This document shows positions 6,700 through 10,757 of a DNA stretch of 10,757 bases, in pieces (position 1 is the first letter of the stretch; the number at the start of each line of letters is the position of its first letter). Where the stretch lies: positions 1 to 10,757 of the forward strand of contig JAAOMT010000042.1 of NCBI GenBank assembly GCA_016748015.1. The letters are read 5' to 3'. The notes below the pieces were generated by a model, which saw only the letters and a program-made list of their open reading frames with translations, had not been told where the DNA came from and searched no databases. This DNA comes from Geosiphon pyriformis uo1 (lineage: Eukaryota; Fungi; Glomeromycota). Position numbers and translations under genes: made by a program.

Positions 6700-9600
6700 C
6701 TGCCCCCCTGTGATCCTATTAGCCTTGCACCCCTAATCCATACCTTTCTCCTAATTGGCCACAAGTTTGGATCCCTTTATTTTGGGGATCCCCTTATTGG
6801 GAACCCTATCCCTTTTGGATCCTGTATACGACCCCCGGTTGGCCAACAGGTCTTGGGATCCCGATTCTGGATGGACCCGTTGGGCATTGGGTCTGGATTG
6901 GTGGGGGGCCCCTACATCTACAAGAGTTGCTAGACAGGTTGAATCATTATCCATATCCTAATTCTACCCAGTTGTGTTTACAGACTGGTATTTGAGGGAT
7001 CCTGAGTAAGTATTCATTACCCCCTGATCCTCCTCATAAGACTTGTGGGGACTCCTTATGGATTGGTACTACGTGTAAATAGCTTATTGATTTGGTATGA
7101 GTCTTAATTTGGATTAGTTCTCCTTGGTGGGATCGGATGGGGGTTCAAGGGTTTGTGGTATGTCCTGACCAGATATGGGGACTTGATGGTCCACCCCCTA
7201 GAGGTGCAGAGGCCCCACAAACAACCATACCACCACTGGTGCAATAGGCCCCACAATACCTCCCCCAACACACCACATCCCACCCATACCACCCACACAC
7301 AATCCCCATAGGTGCCCAGGCCCATCCACTATCCACCACCCACAACCCCATCCATATTCCAAAACCCACACTGGTGCCAAATGCCCATACCATATCCACA
7401 AAACCCATACCTACCCCCATCCAACCCCCAATCCAACCCCCTTGGGTGCCATAGGCCCTACCAATACCCACAACCCAACCCCCATCCACCAGGGCTTGCC
7501 ACAAGACACTACCCATCCAAACACAGGATCGCGATACCCCATAGGTTCGCCCACCCATACAACCCAACCCAATCCACCCATCCATTCATCGGCTGCCTAC
7601 AAGATACCCTACCCATCCATTACACACCCCCATCCACCGGTGCCAAAGGCCAAACCAGACTTCCCATACCTACTACCACACAAAGCCCATACCTACCAAA
7701 CCATCCATGCTCAGCACATACCTACCACCCAAATACCCCAACCACCCATCCAGCCCATCCCCCAAGCTTTAGCCCCAACCCAACCCACCACACACAAAAA
7801 GCCCCTTTGCTGCCCCCCTGTAGGCACAAAAATGCACCCCCCATCCACACACAAAAGCACCATATACACCCCCACACACCTATTTGAGATACCCAACTAC
7901 CCACACCAAAAACCCCTACCAACCACCAACACTTGCTTTAGCCAACTGGGGATCCTGAGTGGTGATCCTCGAGCCCCACGATCAACCCGAGTTTCCCTAT
8001 AAACCCAGAGTACCCAAGGCCCCATCCAGGCTTGCCACAAATCCAACCCAACCCCACCCCAACCACCCATACAACACGGCGCAGCCTCCAATGCCCAAAT
8101 ACCCAACCCCTACCCATAGACTACCTACCCAATACCAAAATGCCTACCATACCAATGCCCATAGGCCCCCACCAACAACAAACCAAATACCACAAGCCCT
8201 ACCCACAAAGGCCCCTTTGCCACAATACCCTATAAGCCCCAAGCCCACAACAACCAACCCTACCCCCTCCAGGATCGATACCCACACTACCCACACAAAC
8301 CCATGAGACTACCATACCCTATAGGCCCATCCACATCTCACAGGAGATACCTCCCACACAGGATAACACACAATTGGGCCATAGTCAACCATACCTACCA
8401 CAAGTGCAAAAGGCTACCACAATACCAGAGGACCCCAAGCCCATAGGTTAAAAAGGCCATCCACACCAACCACTGGGGCCCTAGGCCCATACATGCCCCT
8501 AGAGGATCATATGCCCATAGGTAGCAATAGGCACCACAATACCTCACCATAGGTTGCAATAGGCCCTACATACTCCAACTACTACCCCAATACCTCCCCC
8601 AATACAGGATACTTTGGATAGGATTGGGATTGGTAGTAGACACAACACTCCTGGGTATGATTGGTGGATTGGTCATATGTGGCCCCATGGGTAAGGATTG
8701 GTAATAATTGGAGGTGGTAATTGGTGGTTGGGTTATGTTGAGTCCTTATACTTTAGACAGGGGGAGGAGTGTAACCTTGTTGATGAGTTGAGTAAATGGA
8801 GTGTATGAATGGGATCCCTATTGGGTAGTATTTGGGTAGTAGAGATGGTATGTTATTATGGAGGGCCCTGTCAGAGTACTTTGGTTGTAACTGTTTGATG
8901 GTACGTCTACGGGTACAAGTTGGGTAGGTAAAAGGACTCCTGATGACTCGCAGGGGCCAGGGGGGATGGTTAAGTGGTTGGCATGGTGTTGGACCCTATA
9001 TGGCGATTTGTACTTATGTATATGGTATAGGGACCAGATAGGTTACCATTCCCAAGTACCTGCAATTCCACTACGTTGTACACCATGGGTGGTATTTTAT
9101 TACAAGGATGAATTGGTGAGTTAGTATAAAGGGTATCCTGAAGGACTTTTGGAGTACTGTTGGGATTGTGTGCCTGTCCAAGAGGGTATGGATGGTATTA
9201 TGTGTGGTTGGTGATAGCCAGGACTACTCTCTATATTTGTGTTGGTTTCTTACTACACATCTGGGGCCAAGTTCCTGATTGGTATTGCTGTAAGAATTTG
9301 GATCCCACCCTATTTAGCTTATGGCCCCACACCAATAGATCAGTCATAGCCCAGTCCTATATAAGCATGAATAGGGATCCCATGGTTGATTGGTATGGAC
9401 ATGGATTGGTATATTGGGTCCTTTGGTTAGGGGAGTGGCCTCATACCCCAGACCCATCCCAGACGTTGTGCTACGCCCCCACACCCCATTTGGTAGGTAT
9501 TCGACCCCCAGTACCCACTGCAATTTGGTACCTATTGGTACTCCCCAGATGGTCCCCCCAGTCCACCGGCCCCAATCCCCCTGTCCTCTACGGGCAATGC

Positions 9601-9855
9601 TCCCTAGGCCCAGTACCGCTGCTTTTGGCCCTCCCCCCTGTAGCCCAAACGCGATTAGGAGAGCGTGCTCGCGCCCCGCACTGGGGCCCTACCTACCCGC
9701 CTCGAGGGCGGCCAAGGGCCCCCTGGCGTAGGCCGTCCCCCTTGTAGTGCCAACCCCTTTGAAGCGGGCCAAATAACCTTAAAGCCCGCACTGTGTCAAT
9801 ACCTCCCCTAAAGCCAACCTGCCCTTGAGGCTGGCCTATACACTTAGGGGGTCCA
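6700..9855. other. Large non-coding (control-like) region of ~3.1 kb with strand-skewed low-complexity blocks
   Basis: No mitochondrial motifs found. C/A-rich at ~7210-8610, G/T-rich at ~8611-9435, C-rich at ~9440-9640, then GC hairpins. ORFs here are P/H/T- or G/W/V-biased artefacts. Confidence 0.7.
6766..6830. repeat. Degenerate ~16-nt tandem repeat built around GGATCC palindromes
   Basis: tttggatccctttat / tttggggatccccttat / tgggaaccctatccct / tttggatcctgtat. Confidence 0.6.
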
Positions 9856-10757
9856 TCCCTTAAGGGACATCTGGTTTACCCGTATCAGGATCACTATAAC
9901 TACTATATTTTGTGCCGGATGCCACAAACGGGTCCTTGTATGTACCGGTGCGAACTGAAGGGCCCATAGTGGCCGGCCAAGTAGACTTTCTCCATCGATA
10001 CCCCGCCGGAGGCCCTATACATTCAACCCTTACCCTCGACTGCACTTAGAATAATGGTTTGGATGGAGGATGGTTGACAGGATTCAACGGGCCAAATCTG
10101 TTTGGCGCTAACTATAACTAGGGGAACCAAATAGAATTCCGAGTAGGTAGCTAGAGGTCTCATTTTAAGGAGAGTTGAATTGCCCATAATGGTGGGAGTA
10201 TAACTTAGGGCGATATCATGGGTCATACTGGATGGGGTAGTACTAACAAGTAACTGGATTTGTCTAGAGTGTAAAGTGCGAGGGGAATCGAACACCTGTA
10301 TAACGATTATCGGTTCATTCTAACCATTTTCACTACGCCTCTCATTAGAGGGATGTGTAATCATAACAGCCGTATAATGTGGGGGAACAGATACCCTTAT
10401 GGTAGCCAGTTTAAAGCATGGTGTAATCAACCCCCCTATGCCCTCATCCTACTATTGTATGCTACCTATAGGTACGTATGGCTACTATCGTATGCTGCAA
10501 CCGCTGTGCAAAACAATATGGTGTTATTGTCATACATAGGAACCATGAGTATGGCTATTATCGTAAGGGTATGGACCGTCATAAGGGTCGAACACCCCCT
10601 AGTACTGAGGGTAGCCCTGCTGCTGTCCCATTGTACACATTACTTGGGGGTCTGATACTGTCCTAGCTGCTACTGTTACTGATAAACCTATACTACTAGA
10701 CTGCATTAAGTCGCATCCCTACCATATAGGGTATACGTCCCTATACAACTATGACGT
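8996..10757 (+). repeat. Direct repeat copy 2 (circular overlap or next tandem unit); repeats the hairpin cluster, the atp9-like, trnI-like and nad6-like segments and the cox3 start
   Basis: Begins ctatatggcgatttg as at position 1 and ends caactatgacgt as at 1762. Confidence 0.97.

Noticed and set aside
7104-8306. Overlapping ORFs of 61-191 aa rich in Pro/His/Thr or Gly/Trp/Val
   Set aside because: They result from C/A strand skew, which depletes stop codons, and show no recognisable motifs.
1-10757. CRISPR array, LTR element, phage or plasmid
   Set aside because: There is no regular repeat-spacer array. The long repeat is cut by both window ends and contains gene relics. No RT, integrase, capsid or Rep motifs were recognised.

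Overview
The window is one 8,995-bp unit plus a second copy of its first 1,762 bp (1-1762 = 8996-10757). It is most likely an untrimmed circular molecule, or else a tandem array. None of the supplied ORFs is a complete real gene. Reading across frames shows the unit is mitochondrial-type DNA whose motif variants resemble early-diverging fungi or other non-animal opisthokonts (my recall, not a search). It carries near full-length but heavily frameshifted, substituted and locally expanded relics. On +: nad6(?), cox3 and cob (~1358-4355). On -: nad4L(?) and nad5 (~6640-4550), three damaged tRNA-like genes (Ile-GAU and two His-GUG-like) and perhaps atp9. The remaining ~3.1 kb is non-coding, with sharp strand-skew switches, GGATCC mini-repeats and GC hairpins. 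Every recognisable gene is untranslatable as written. The molecule is therefore either a mitochondrial mini-chromosome of cryptogenes needing massive RNA editing or recoding, or a decayed mtDNA-derived circle or NUMT. All protein assignments are by-eye motif matches, and gene boundaries are approximate.
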